Shown here piece by piece: positions 48,628 through 57,947 of a stretch of 58,925 nt of DNA. The position numbers and the translations under genes are program-made. The first letter of the stretch is position 1; the number at the start of each line of letters is the position of its first letter. Source of the stretch: Rhodospirillales bacterium (lineage in GTDB: Bacteria; Pseudomonadota; Alphaproteobacteria; Kiloniellales; JAKSDN01); assembly GCA_029859805.1 (NCBI GenBank), contig JAOUCL010000002.1, forward strand, positions 1 through 58,925. Reading direction: 5' to 3'. The notes beneath the pieces are model-generated. The model did no database searches. It was given only the letters and a program-made list of their open reading frames with translations, and was not told the origin of the DNA.

Positions 48628-49872
48628 ATGAAGGTTATGGTCATGGGCGCGGGGGTGATTGGCGTGACCACGGCCTATTGCCTGCTGAAGGACGGCCACG
48701 AGGTCACGGTGCTCGAGCGCAACGCGGGCGCCGCCGAGGAAACCAGTGCGACCAACGCCGGCCTGATCGCGCCGGGGCACGCCTACGCCTGGGCCTCGCC
48801 CAAGGCGCCGGCGATGCTGCTCAAGTCGCTGTGGCGCGACGACCAGGCGCTCCGCTTCAAGCCGCGCCTCGACCCGCGCCTGTGGCGCTGGTCGCTGTCG
48901 TTTCTGCGCCAGTGCACGGCCGCGCGGGCGCGCGCCAACACCCTGCGCAAGCACCGTCTCTGCCTCTATGCGCAGGCGGCGTTCAACGAGATGGTAGCCG
49001 AGACCGGCGTTGCCTACGACGGCGAGAACCGGGGCCTGCTCTACCTCTACCGCAACGCCCGGGACTTCGATCAGAGCGTCGCCAAGACGGCGATCCTGTC
49101 CGGCGGAGGCCAGGACCTCCGGGCCGTCGACCGCGACGAGATCGCGCGCATCGACCCGGCCCTGGCCCCGGTCAAGGACAAGCTCGCCGGCGCCATCTAC
49201 TGCCCGACCGACGCCAGCGGCGACGCCCGCCTGTTCACCCAGGGCCTGGCCGAGGCCTGCACCGGGATGGGCGGTCGGTTCCTCTATGGGACCGCGATCC
49301 GAGGCATCGAGACCGAGGGTGACCAGGTCGTCCGGGTGGCGACCGACCGGGGGGAGGAGCGCGCCGAGGTCTACGTCATGGCGCTCGGCTGCGAGAGTCC
49401 GCTCCTGGCGCGGCGGCTCGGCGTCCGTCTGCCGATCTATCCGGTCAAGGGCTATTCGGTCACCCTGCCGGTCGAGGCCGGCCATAGCCCGCCCGCCATC
49501 GGTGGCGTCGACGAGGGCAACCTGGTCGCCTACGCGCGCATGGGCAAGCGCCTGCGCGTCACCGCGACGGCCGAGTTCGCCGGCTACGACCTGGCGCACA
49601 AGCCGGCCGACTTCAGGCACATGCTCGCGGCGGCGCGCGACCTCTTCCCCGCGGGCGGCCAGTGGGACCGTCCGGACTACCGCGCCTGCCTGCGGCCCAT
49701 GACGCCGGAGGGCTCGCCGATCTTCGGCCTCGGCGCTCAGCGCAATCTCTACTACAATGTCGGCCACGGCCACATGGGCTGGACCATGGCCTGCGGCGCG
49801 GCGCGCATCACCGCGGACCTGGTCGCCGGGCGCGATACCGAGATCCCGATCGAGGGTATGACGCTGCGTTAA
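48628..49872 (+). CDS. dadA: D-amino acid dehydrogenase
   Basis: MGAGVIGVTTAY, ETSATNAG, IYPVKGYS, LRPMTPEG, GHGHMGWTMACG. Confidence 0.88.
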   Translation: MKVMVMGAGVIGVTTAYCLLKDGHEVTVLERNAGAAEETSATNAGLIAPGHAYAWASPKAPAMLLKSLWRDDQALRFKPRLDPRLWRWSLSFLRQCTAARARANTLRKHRLCLYAQAAFNEMVAETGVAYDGENRGLLYLYRNARDFDQSVAKTAILSGGGQDLRAVDRDEIARIDPALAPVKDKLAGAIYCPTDASGDARLFTQGLAEACTGMGGRFLYGTAIRGIETEGDQVVRVATDRGEERAEVYVMALGCESPLLARRLGVRLPIYPVKGYSVTLPVEAGHSPPAIGGVDEGNLVAYARMGKRLRVTATAEFAGYDLAHKPADFRHMLAAARDLFPAGGQWDRPDYRACLRPMTPEGSPIFGLGAQRNLYYNVGHGHMGWTMACGAARITADLVAGRDTEIPIEGMTLR

Positions 49873-49885
49873 GGAGGACCACGAC

Positions 49886-50692
49886 ATGACCGAGACCCTC
49901 GCGGCAGGGGCGTCCGCCGACGGCCTGCTCGTCGACAAGCAGCGCATGGCCTTCGAGCTCGACGGCGGCATCGCGGAACGGGCGGCCATCGGAGTGATCG
50001 TCCTGGGCAGCGACCAGACCATCGAGCACGAGTTCCGGCGGATCTTCGACATTCCGGGCGTCGCCTTCTACGAGAGCCGGATCCACAACGCCAACGAGAT
50101 CACGCCCGAGACCCTGAAGGCCATGGAGGCCGGCATCGCGGACTGCACGGCGCGGATCCTGCCCGGCCTGCCGCTCGACGTGGTCGCCTACGGCTGCACC
50201 TCGGGGGCCATGGTGATCGGCGACGATAAGGTCGCGGCGCGCGTCCACGAGGCCCGCCCGGGGGTCGCCTGCACGACGCCGATGGCCGCGGCCTTCGCCG
50301 CCTTCAAGGCGCTCGGCTGCCGCCGAATCGCGCTCCTGACCCCCTACGTCGACGAGATCAACCAAGCCATGCGCGCCCACCTCCAGGCCGGCGGCCTCGA
50401 CGTGCCGGTCATGGGCTCGTTCAACGAGGGCGACGACCGCAAGGTCGGCCGGATCAGCCCGGCCTCGCTCAGCCGGGCGGCGCTCGAGCTGGGCGCGTCC
50501 GAGACGGTCGACGCGGTCTTCGTGTCCTGCACGGCCCTGCGCCTGGTCGAGGTCGTCGCCGGGATCGAGGCGGAGCTGGGCAAGCCGGTCACCTCGAGCA
50601 ACCACGCGCTCGCCTGGCACTGCCTGCGCCTGGCCGGCATCGACGACCCCCTGCCCCAACACGGCCGGCTGTTTACTTGTGCTCTCGCCTGA
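49886..50692 (+). CDS. Asp/Glu racemase, maleate isomerase/EutA-like protein
   Basis: YGCTSG, LLTPY, VSCTAL, KPVTSSNHALAWH. Confidence 0.88.
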   Translation: MTETLAAGASADGLLVDKQRMAFELDGGIAERAAIGVIVLGSDQTIEHEFRRIFDIPGVAFYESRIHNANEITPETLKAMEAGIADCTARILPGLPLDVVAYGCTSGAMVIGDDKVAARVHEARPGVACTTPMAAAFAAFKALGCRRIALLTPYVDEINQAMRAHLQAGGLDVPVMGSFNEGDDRKVGRISPASLSRAALELGASETVDAVFVSCTALRLVEVVAGIEAELGKPVTSSNHALAWHCLRLAGIDDPLPQHGRLFTCALA

Positions 50693-50810
50693 GCAGCGTC
50701 GGGGAATACTTGTCAGGCGCCCTGCAAGGTGATTGCATAGCGGCAGAAGACCCCGCGGTGGCCAAAGCGGAGGCGGGCCGCGCAACATGGCGCGGCGAAA
50801 CGCCCTGGCC

Positions 50811-51977
50811 ATGACAGGCGGCAACAGGGAGCGTGCAGGCGGCGTGCCGAGAGACAGCAGCGGACAGTCCGCGGACATCGAGTTCGCCGGCGTGACGAAG
50901 CGGTTCGGCGAGGTCGTGGCGGTCGACGACGTCAGCCTCTCGGTGGAGCGCGGCGCCTTCTACACCTTTCTCGGCCCCTCGGGCTGCGGCAAGACCACCT
51001 CGCTGCGCCTGATCGCCGGTTTCGAGCAGCCGGACCAGGGCGACGTGCGCATCGGCGGCGCTTCGGTGGTCGGCATTCCGCCCTACAAGCGCCCGGTCAA
51101 CATGGTGTTCCAGCACTACGCGCTGTTTCCGCACCTGACCGTGGCCGACAACATTGGCTACGGTCTGCGCCAACGCGCGCCGCGACCGACGAACAGCGAG
51201 ATCACCGGCCAGGTTGGTGAGATGCTGGAGCTGGTGCGCCTTTCCGGATTCGAGACGCGGCGCGTCTGGGAGCTGTCCGGCGGCCAGCAGCAGCGGGTCG
51301 CGCTGGCCCGCGCGTTGATCAACCACCCGACGGTCCTGCTGCTCGACGAGCCCCTGGCCGCCCTCGACCGCAAGCTGCGCCGCGAGATGCAGATCGAGCT
51401 TCAGACCTTGCAGCGCGAGGTCGGCATCACCTTCGTCCTGGTCACCCACGATCAAGAGGAGGCGCTGTCGATGAGCGATACAATCTGCATCATGCGCGAC
51501 GGCCGGATCGTGCAAACCGGAGGTCCAAAGGAGCTCTACGACGAGCCCGTAAACGGCTACGTCGCCGACTTCGTGGGCAAATCGAACTTCTTCGCCGGCA
51601 AGGTGGTCGAGGCGACCGGGACCGGCGCCGCGGTCGAGCTCGAGGGCGGCCGGGTGCTCAGCGGGCGCAGGCCCAAGAACGGCGAGACGCTCGCGCCCGG
51701 CGCGCGTGGCGTCATCGCGGTGCGGCCCGAGCTGGTCCACGTTACGCCGACCGCAGGTCCAACCGCCTCGCAAACGGACGTGGAGGCCCCGGGCCGGGTC
51801 AAGAACCGCATCTTCCTGGGCGAGCACACGGAATACCTGGTCGGAACCCAGGAGCTGGGCGACATCCTCGCCCTGGTACCCAAGCACGTAGAGGCGTCGG
51901 ACGGGGGCTTCACCCCCGGCGACGAGGTCCGTATCGGCTGGCGCACAAGCGCGGCCTTGAGCCTGGCCGAACGCTAG
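50811..51977 (+). CDS. PotA-like ABC transporter ATP-binding protein (start uncertain)
   Basis: GPSGCGKT, LSGGQQQRVALARAL, LLLDEP, VTHDQEEA, TOBE-like tail. Confidence 0.92.
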   Translation: MTGGNRERAGGVPRDSSGQSADIEFAGVTKRFGEVVAVDDVSLSVERGAFYTFLGPSGCGKTTSLRLIAGFEQPDQGDVRIGGASVVGIPPYKRPVNMVFQHYALFPHLTVADNIGYGLRQRAPRPTNSEITGQVGEMLELVRLSGFETRRVWELSGGQQQRVALARALINHPTVLLLDEPLAALDRKLRREMQIELQTLQREVGITFVLVTHDQEEALSMSDTICIMRDGRIVQTGGPKELYDEPVNGYVADFVGKSNFFAGKVVEATGTGAAVELEGGRVLSGRRPKNGETLAPGARGVIAVRPELVHVTPTAGPTASQTDVEAPGRVKNRIFLGEHTEYLVGTQELGDILALVPKHVEASDGGFTPGDEVRIGWRTSAALSLAER

Positions 51978-52046
51978 ACGATCGGCCGGAACCCTAGGGA
52001 CGTAGTGAAAACATCCCGGCAAACAGGAGCATGAGGAGGAGTGAAA

Positions 52047-53216
52047 ATGTCATACAAGAACAACGGCGATACGCCGATCAGCGCCAAGAAGTTCATGGAG
52101 GAGCTGCGGCGCTACCAGAAGGGCTCGGTGAGCCGCCGTCATTTCCTCGGCGTCACCGGCCTGGGCCTGGCCACGGCCGCGATGGCCAAGGCCATGCCGG
52201 AGCTGGCCGGTATCGGCAAGGCCCATGCAGCCGCCAATATCGGCGACCGCGTGTCGATCGCCACTTGGCCGAACTACTACGATCCGGCCAACTATGAAGC
52301 CTTCACCACGGCGACCGGCGCCGACGTGCAGATCAGCGTCTTCGGCTCCAACGAGGAGATGCTGGCCAAGCTCCAGGCCGGCGGCACCGGCTGGGACGTT
52401 TTCGTGCCGACCAATTACACGATCAGCACCTATGTCGAACTCGACCTGATCCAGCCGCTCGACCTGTCGCGCCTGGCAAACTTCGACGAGAAGCACTACA
52501 TCAAGCGCTTCATCGAGCCCGGCACCGTGAACGGCAAGGTCTATGCCGTGCCCAAGAACTGGGGGACGACCGGCTTCGTGCTGAACCGCAAGAAGGTCAA
52601 GACCGACCCGACCACCTGGAAGGCGTTCTGGGACCTGACCAAGACCGACGCCTCGGGCCGGGTCATCGTCCACGACTACCAGCTTACGACCATCGGCAAC
52701 GCGCTGAAGTACTTCGGCTATTCCTTCAACTCGGTCGATCCCAAGGAGCTGGCCGACGCGGAGAAGCTGCTGCTCGAGGCGAAGCCGCACCTCTTCGCGA
52801 TCACCAGCGACTACCAGCCGGCTATGCGCGCCAACGACGCCTGGATGTCCATCGCCTGGACCGGCGACGGGCTCCAGCTGCACCGCGACATCCCCGAGAT
52901 CGACTACGTGCTCGGCAAGGAAGGCGGCGAGCTGTGGAGCGACTTCTACGCCATCCCGAAGGAGGCCCCGCACGTGGATGCGGCCTATGCCTTCATCGAC
53001 TACCTGATCGACCCCAAGATCAACGCCCGTGAAGTGGCAGCCCACGGCTATCCGGTGCCGGACAACCGCACGACTGCGTTGCTGCCCAAGGAGATGACCG
53101 AGGACCCGATCATGTATCCGGCGCAGGAGCTGCTGGACGCGCTCGAGTTCGGCGCGGCGGTGACCCTGACCGACCCGCTGCGGGCCGAGGTCATGGCCCG
53201 GTTCAAGGCCGCCTAG
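52047..53216 (+). CDS. PotD/PotF-like ABC substrate-binding protein (Tat signal)
   Basis: SRRHFLG, WPNY, SNEEMLAKL, WGTTG, KEGGELWSD. Confidence 0.9.
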   Translation: MSYKNNGDTPISAKKFMEELRRYQKGSVSRRHFLGVTGLGLATAAMAKAMPELAGIGKAHAAANIGDRVSIATWPNYYDPANYEAFTTATGADVQISVFGSNEEMLAKLQAGGTGWDVFVPTNYTISTYVELDLIQPLDLSRLANFDEKHYIKRFIEPGTVNGKVYAVPKNWGTTGFVLNRKKVKTDPTTWKAFWDLTKTDASGRVIVHDYQLTTIGNALKYFGYSFNSVDPKELADAEKLLLEAKPHLFAITSDYQPAMRANDAWMSIAWTGDGLQLHRDIPEIDYVLGKEGGELWSDFYAIPKEAPHVDAAYAFIDYLIDPKINAREVAAHGYPVPDNRTTALLPKEMTEDPIMYPAQELLDALEFGAAVTLTDPLRAEVMARFKAA

Positions 53217-53242
53217 AACCCGATGGCGGAAGTTCGTGAGTC

Positions 53243-53342
53243 ACCCCCACCCCGACCCTCCCCCGTCGAGGGGGAGGGAGCAACCCTTTGGCCAGCCTTG
53301 GAGTCCCCTCCCCCCTTGCGGGGGAGGGCCAGGGTGGGGGGT
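53243..53342. repeat. Inverted REP doublet of the CCCTCCCCC..GGGGGAGGG family
   Basis: ACCCCCACCCCGACCCTCCCCCGTCGAGGGGGAGGGAG and inverted CCCCTCCCCCCTTGCGGGGGAGGGCCAGGGTGGGGGGT. Confidence 0.85.
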
Positions 53343-53405
53343 ATATCACTCATTGCCGAGTCCCGGTACTAGGACGGGAACGGCACCAAGACCGGGGACG
53401 GGGGC

Positions 53406-54278
53406 ATGACGGCGGCCAAGGTCGCGGGAAAAAACGGCAACCGGGTGACGGCGATGCTGCTGTTGCCGACCACGCTGTGGTTCCTGCTGCTGCTCGTCAT
53501 GCCTCTCGTCGTCATCCTGGTGTTCAGTCTGGGGGAACGCGCGCCGGCGGGAGGCTATCAGGCGGCCCTGACGCTCGAGCAGTACGCCAATCTGCCGGCG
53601 CGTCTCAAGGCCTTCACCAATACGCTCACGCTGTCCCCCCTGGGCACCTTGATCTGCATGGTGATCGCCTATCCGCTCGCCTATTACCTCGCGATCAAGG
53701 CCGGACGCCGTGCCAAGGCGCTGCTGCTCACGCTGGTCATCGTTCCGTTCTGGACCAGCTTCCTGATCCGCACCTACGCCTGGATCTACATCCTGGGCGG
53801 GCGCGGCATTCCCCGGCTTCTGGAGATGATCGGCATCGAGGACCTGCGCCTGATCAACACGCCGACCGCAGTCCTGATCGGCATCGTGTACGGCTATCTG
53901 CCGCTCATGGTCTTCCCGATCTACGTCAGCCTGGAGAAGCTCGACAAGGGCCTGCTCGAGGCCTCGAGCGACCTGGGGGCGAACCCAGTCAGGACCTTCC
54001 TGCAGGTCACGCTGCCGCTCTCCGCGCCGGGCCTGATCACCGGGTCGCTGCTGGTCTTCATCCTGCTGATGGGCGAATACCTGATCCCGGCGATCCTCGG
54101 CGGCGGCAAGGTCTTCTTCGTCGGCAACGCCTTGGTCGACCTGTTCCTGCAGTCCCGGAACTGGCCCTTCGGGTCCGCCGTCGCGGTCGCCCTCGTGGTC
54201 ATCATGCTGGTGGCGATCGCGCTCTATCTCTCCCTGGCCGGACGCGAACGCGGCCGCCAGGACGTATCGATCATCTAA
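53406..54278 (+). CDS. PotB-like ABC permease
   Basis: IVPFWTSFLIRTYAW, YLPLMVFPIY, LLEASSDLGA. Confidence 0.92.
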   Translation: MTAAKVAGKNGNRVTAMLLLPTTLWFLLLLVMPLVVILVFSLGERAPAGGYQAALTLEQYANLPARLKAFTNTLTLSPLGTLICMVIAYPLAYYLAIKAGRRAKALLLTLVIVPFWTSFLIRTYAWIYILGGRGIPRLLEMIGIEDLRLINTPTAVLIGIVYGYLPLMVFPIYVSLEKLDKGLLEASSDLGANPVRTFLQVTLPLSAPGLITGSLLVFILLMGEYLIPAILGGGKVFFVGNALVDLFLQSRNWPFGSAVAVALVVIMLVAIALYLSLAGRERGRQDVSII

Positions 54279-54581
54279 TACCAAAGGTCCTTGATAATGA
54301 CGCATTTCATGGGAGCGAATCGGGTCGCCGGGCAGGCGCGGCGTGCAGCGCGATGCATGCATCGGGCAAGCGCCGCAACGCACCCGGCGCCCCGATACGC
54401 CCCACCCGGAGGGCCGGGCGATTTTGGCCGCCAGCCGCGTTGCGCGCCGCCCTGCCTGCGCGAAGCCGGAGCTTCGCTTCGGCGAAGGCAGGTTGTTGTA
54501 CGCGCACAACGGCGCAACGCGCGCCTTGCTGGCGGCCAAAATCGCCTCGGTGAAATGCGTCATTATCAAGGATCTTTGGTA
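54279..54581. mobile_element. Non-autonomous MITE (303 bp), 31-bp terminal inverted repeats, TAA target duplication, nested palindromes
   Basis: TACCAAAGGTCCTTGATAATGACGCATTTCA ... TGAAATGCGTCATTATCAAGGATCTTTGGTA (1 mismatch); TAA at 54276-78 and 54582-84. Confidence 0.85.
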
Positions 54582-54596
54582 TAAGGAGAGCCAGAG

Positions 54597-55421
54597 GTGC
54601 GTCTCTATGCCGCCGCCGTCTATGTTTTCCTTTACGGACCGATCTCGCTGATCGTGCTGTTCAGCTTCAATGCGGGCCGGCACGCCGCCTCGTTCGAGTG
54701 CTGTTCCACGATGTGGTACGGACGCACCTTCCAGAACACCTTTCTGCTCGAGGCCCTGGCCACCAGCCTCATCGTCGCCAGCACGACGGCGGTACTGGCC
54801 ACGATCATGGGCACGATGGCGTCGATCGCGCTGCAGCGCGTGCGCGGGGGTCTGCGGCTCCTGTTCGATGCGCTCACCTATACCGCCATCGTCATTCCGG
54901 GCATCGTCATCGGCATCGCCACGCTGGTCGCGCTGGTCACCGCCTTCGGTTTTCTCAATCCGGTGTTGGACGCGCTGTGGCCCGCCGGCACCGCTCCCAG
55001 CCTGCAGCTCGGCTACGGCTCGGTGATCGCGGCCCACACGCTCTTCACCATGGCCCTGGTGATCGTCATCGTGCGCGCGCGCATCCAGGGCATGGACCGC
55101 GCCCTGATCGAGGCCTCGGCCGACCTCTACGCGACGCCTTGGCGCACCTTTCGGCAGATCACCCTGCCACAGATCTTCCCGGCGGTGATGTCCGGTTTCC
55201 TGCTCAGTTTCACATTCAGCTTCGACGACTTCATCATCGCCTTCTTCGTCGCCGGCTCGAAGACGACCTTGCCGATCTACGTGTTCTCGTCGATCCGGCG
55301 GGGCATCACGCCGGAGACCAACGTCATCGCGACGATGATCCTGGCTGTGTCGCTGACACTCCTCTTCGTCGCCCAGTTCCTGCTCCGGGCGCGGACCGGA
55401 AAGAGCGGCCGACCGGCCTGA
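54597..55421 (+). CDS. PotC-like ABC permease
   Basis: FLYGPI, FSFN, IEASADLYA, SFDDF, TLPIYVFSSIRRG. Confidence 0.92.
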   Translation: MRLYAAAVYVFLYGPISLIVLFSFNAGRHAASFECCSTMWYGRTFQNTFLLEALATSLIVASTTAVLATIMGTMASIALQRVRGGLRLLFDALTYTAIVIPGIVIGIATLVALVTAFGFLNPVLDALWPAGTAPSLQLGYGSVIAAHTLFTMALVIVIVRARIQGMDRALIEASADLYATPWRTFRQITLPQIFPAVMSGFLLSFTFSFDDFIIAFFVAGSKTTLPIYVFSSIRRGITPETNVIATMILAVSLTLLFVAQFLLRARTGKSGRPA

Positions 55422-55535
55422 CCGCGGCCCCTGCCCTCTCGGACCAGGGACGGCTTTGCCATGGCGGCCCTGAAATCGACCGCCCGTTAACGCTTTGCTG
55501 GTCATCCCGCCATAGGTTGAGGAAGGAATCGGATC

Positions 55536-56297
55536 ATGAACGACAACGGCAAAACGGCGCTGGTCACCGGCGCGACCTCGGGCATCGGCGCGGCCATCGC
55601 GCTGGAGCTGGCGGCGCAGGGCCATGCGGTCATGCTGGCCGGCCGCGACGCCGCGCGCGCGGCGGCCATGGAAGAGCGCGTCAGGGCGGCCGGCGGCCGG
55701 GCGTCCTCGTGGCTGGGCGACCTCTCGGCGCCTGGCCCTTGCCAGGCGCTGGTCGAGGCCTCGGTCGAGCGCTTCGGCGGCATCGACGTCCTGGTCAACA
55801 ACGCCGGGATCATCCACTACGGCACCGCCGAGGAGACCACGGAGGCCGTGTGGGACGAGACCCTGGCGGTCAACGTCTCCGCGGTCTTCTACATGAGCCG
55901 GGCCGCGGTCCCGGCGCTGCGCCCGCGTGGCGGCGTCATCGTCAACATCGCCTCGGACTGGGGCCTGGCCGGCGGCCGCCGCGCCGTCGCCTATTGCGTC
56001 AGCAAGGGCGCGGTCGTCCAGCTGACCCGGGCCATGGCGCTCGACCACGCCCACGAGAACATCCGCGTCAACGCGATCTGCCCGGGCGACACCGATACGC
56101 CGATGCTGGACGTCGAGGCGCGCGAGCGCGGCCAGGACCCGGCCGAGGCCCGGCGCGAGATGGCCGCGGAGGTGCCGCTCGGCCGGATCGCCACGCCGGA
56201 GGAGATCGCCAAGCTGGCCGCCTTCCTGGTGTCCGACGGCGCGGCCTACATGACCGGCGCCGCGATCGCCATCGACGGAGGCAACACGGCGGCTTGA
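55536..56297 (+). CDS. Short-chain dehydrogenase/reductase
   Basis: TGATSGIG, NNAG, YCVSK, VNAICPG. Confidence 0.95.
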   Translation: MNDNGKTALVTGATSGIGAAIALELAAQGHAVMLAGRDAARAAAMEERVRAAGGRASSWLGDLSAPGPCQALVEASVERFGGIDVLVNNAGIIHYGTAEETTEAVWDETLAVNVSAVFYMSRAAVPALRPRGGVIVNIASDWGLAGGRRAVAYCVSKGAVVQLTRAMALDHAHENIRVNAICPGDTDTPMLDVEARERGQDPAEARREMAAEVPLGRIATPEEIAKLAAFLVSDGAAYMTGAAIAIDGGNTAA

Positions 56298-56324
56298 ACC
56301 CAAGGACAGTCAGGAGTTGGACAG

Positions 56325-56555
56325 ATGAAGGGATGCCGCAGCTGTAGAAACTGGACGGGAATCGACGAGTTCCTCGACCGCGACGATCCGGCCGTCGTCA
56401 ACACCAAGGTCCAGTTGGGCAATTGCCGGCGTTACGCGCCGCAGCCCTTGAGCTTCGACGCCGCGACAGGCGAATCGCCCAGGGCCCAGGCCGCCTGGCC
56501 CCTGGCCGCCTCGGACGAATGGTGCGGCGAGTGGGAGCCCGCCTTCGAGAGCTAG
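56325..56555 (+). CDS. Small Cys-rich hypothetical protein (76 aa)
   Basis: CRSCRNW...GNCRRYAP...WP...WCGEW; AGGAG ribosome-binding site. Confidence 0.7.
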   Translation: MKGCRSCRNWTGIDEFLDRDDPAVVNTKVQLGNCRRYAPQPLSFDAATGESPRAQAAWPLAASDEWCGEWEPAFES

Positions 56556-56564
56556 CCCACCGGG

Positions 56565-57356
56565 TCACCAGTTGTTGCGCAGCTCGCGCAGCTTGACGAA
56601 CACGGTCTTGGGGTCCGGGTCGTCCGGCAGGTCCGGGAAGGTCTCGCGCAGCCGGGCGATCACCGTCGGGCTGTGCAGCCGGAAGAAAGTGTTGATCTCC
56701 TTCTCGAGCGCGAGCGTCGAGACCAGCGCCCGGTTCGGGTCCTGGTCCTCCACCTCCTCCAACAGCTCGCCGGCGCGCGCGTTGTCGGGCTCGCGATCCA
56801 GGGTGAAGGCGAGGTTGTTCGCGATGTAATCGTGGCCCGGATAGACCAGGGTCTTGTCCGGCAGTCCGGCGAGCTGGGTCGCGAAGGTGTGGTAGAGCTC
56901 GTTCGGATGGCCGCCGTTGTGGCAGTTGCCGGCCCCGGCGTTGAACAGGGTGTCGCCGCAAAACAGCGCCGGCGTGCCGGCATGGGCCAGCAGGCAGACG
57001 TGGCTCATGGTGTGCCCGGGGGTATCCAGCGCCTCCAGCTCGACGCCGCGGCCCACCTTGATCACGTCGCCGGCCGAGAGCCCCCGGTCGATGCCCGGGA
57101 TCTTGTCCTTGGCGTTGGCGTGCGCCAGAAGCTTGGCGCCCGTGGCCGCGATCACGGCCTTGTTGCCGCCGGTATGGTCGCCGTGCTCGTGGGTGTTGAG
57201 CACCTGTGTGATCTCCCAGCCCTCCTGCCGCGCCTTGGCCAGGCACTTGGCGTGGTCCAGGGGGTCGACGGCCAGCGCTTCGCCGCTTTCGGGACAGACG
57301 ATCAGGTAGTTGAAGTTGCGGTAGGCGTTCGCGGTCCAAATCTGTTCGACGATCAC
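56565..57356 (-). CDS. gloB: Hydroxyacylglutathione hydrolase (glyoxalase II)
   Basis: NTHEHGDHTGG, DTPGHT, FCGDTLF, YPGHDY, LRELRNNW. Confidence 0.88.
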   Translation of the reverse strand: MIVEQIWTANAYRNFNYLIVCPESGEALAVDPLDHAKCLAKARQEGWEITQVLNTHEHGDHTGGNKAVIAATGAKLLAHANAKDKIPGIDRGLSAGDVIKVGRGVELEALDTPGHTMSHVCLLAHAGTPALFCGDTLFNAGAGNCHNGGHPNELYHTFATQLAGLPDKTLVYPGHDYIANNLAFTLDREPDNARAGELLEEVEDQDPNRALVSTLALEKEINTFFRLHSPTVIARLRETFPDLPDDPDPKTVFVKLRELRNNW

Positions 57357-57718
57357 GGGCCTTCTCCCTCGCGTCCGGGTCCGATACCCAGTCTAGCGCA
57401 GCGCGGCCGGCGCGTCAGCGGATTGTGAGGAAGAGCGGATCCGGATTCGGGCAAGTAACAGCGCCAATATCGATGCGAGACTCTGACATGAACTACACTG
57501 AATAGATGGATTCAAGTGACGTGGACTCCGGGTCGTCTCGATCTTATATGATGCACGAAGTATACCCGTTTGGATTTTATTTATTTCATTGAGGCTGTGT
57601 CATAGTTGTGCCATAACCGTGTTCTTTCAGTGGCATGGCGAAACAGGCGTTGCCTTGGAACGAATGCTTGCCGATCATTCCCCGATCGGGGGTTTGATGG
57701 TGTATTGGAGGGCTGAAC

Positions 57719-57889
57719 ATGACCAGATCAAAAGCTTGGGTACCGCTGGCGGCGGCCGCCTTCGCGCTTTCCTTCGGCTTGGCCGCCTGCGACGAGGGCG
57801 GTCCTGAACAGCAGACCAGCGCCCCGGCCGTTGAGCAGCCGGGCGACGCGGCCGCAACGCCCGAAGGCGAGACCCAGAAGAGCGAGTGA
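57719..57889 (+). CDS. Small lipoprotein (56 aa), not in the ORF track
   Basis: MTRSKAWVPLAAAAFALSFGLAAC-DEGGPEQQTSAPAVEQPGDAAATPEGETQKSE; LAAC lipobox; GGAGGG ribosome-binding site. Confidence 0.75.
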   Translation: MTRSKAWVPLAAAAFALSFGLAACDEGGPEQQTSAPAVEQPGDAAATPEGETQKSE

Positions 57890-57947
57890 CCCCACGGTGG
57901 GGACCCGCGTCCTTGTCCGGGTCCTCCCGTGAGCGGTTTGGCGGCGG

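Noticed and set aside
53346-56303. Long antisense or alternate-frame ORFs (985 aa here; also 45567-47732, 35669-37816, 7544-9259, 38333-40000)
   Set aside because: Shadows expected in GC-rich coding DNA; each overlaps a well-supported gene and has no recognisable motifs
57657-57679. GGAAC...CATT read as an EcfG general-stress promoter
   Set aside because: The spacer is 14 nt rather than the expected 16-17
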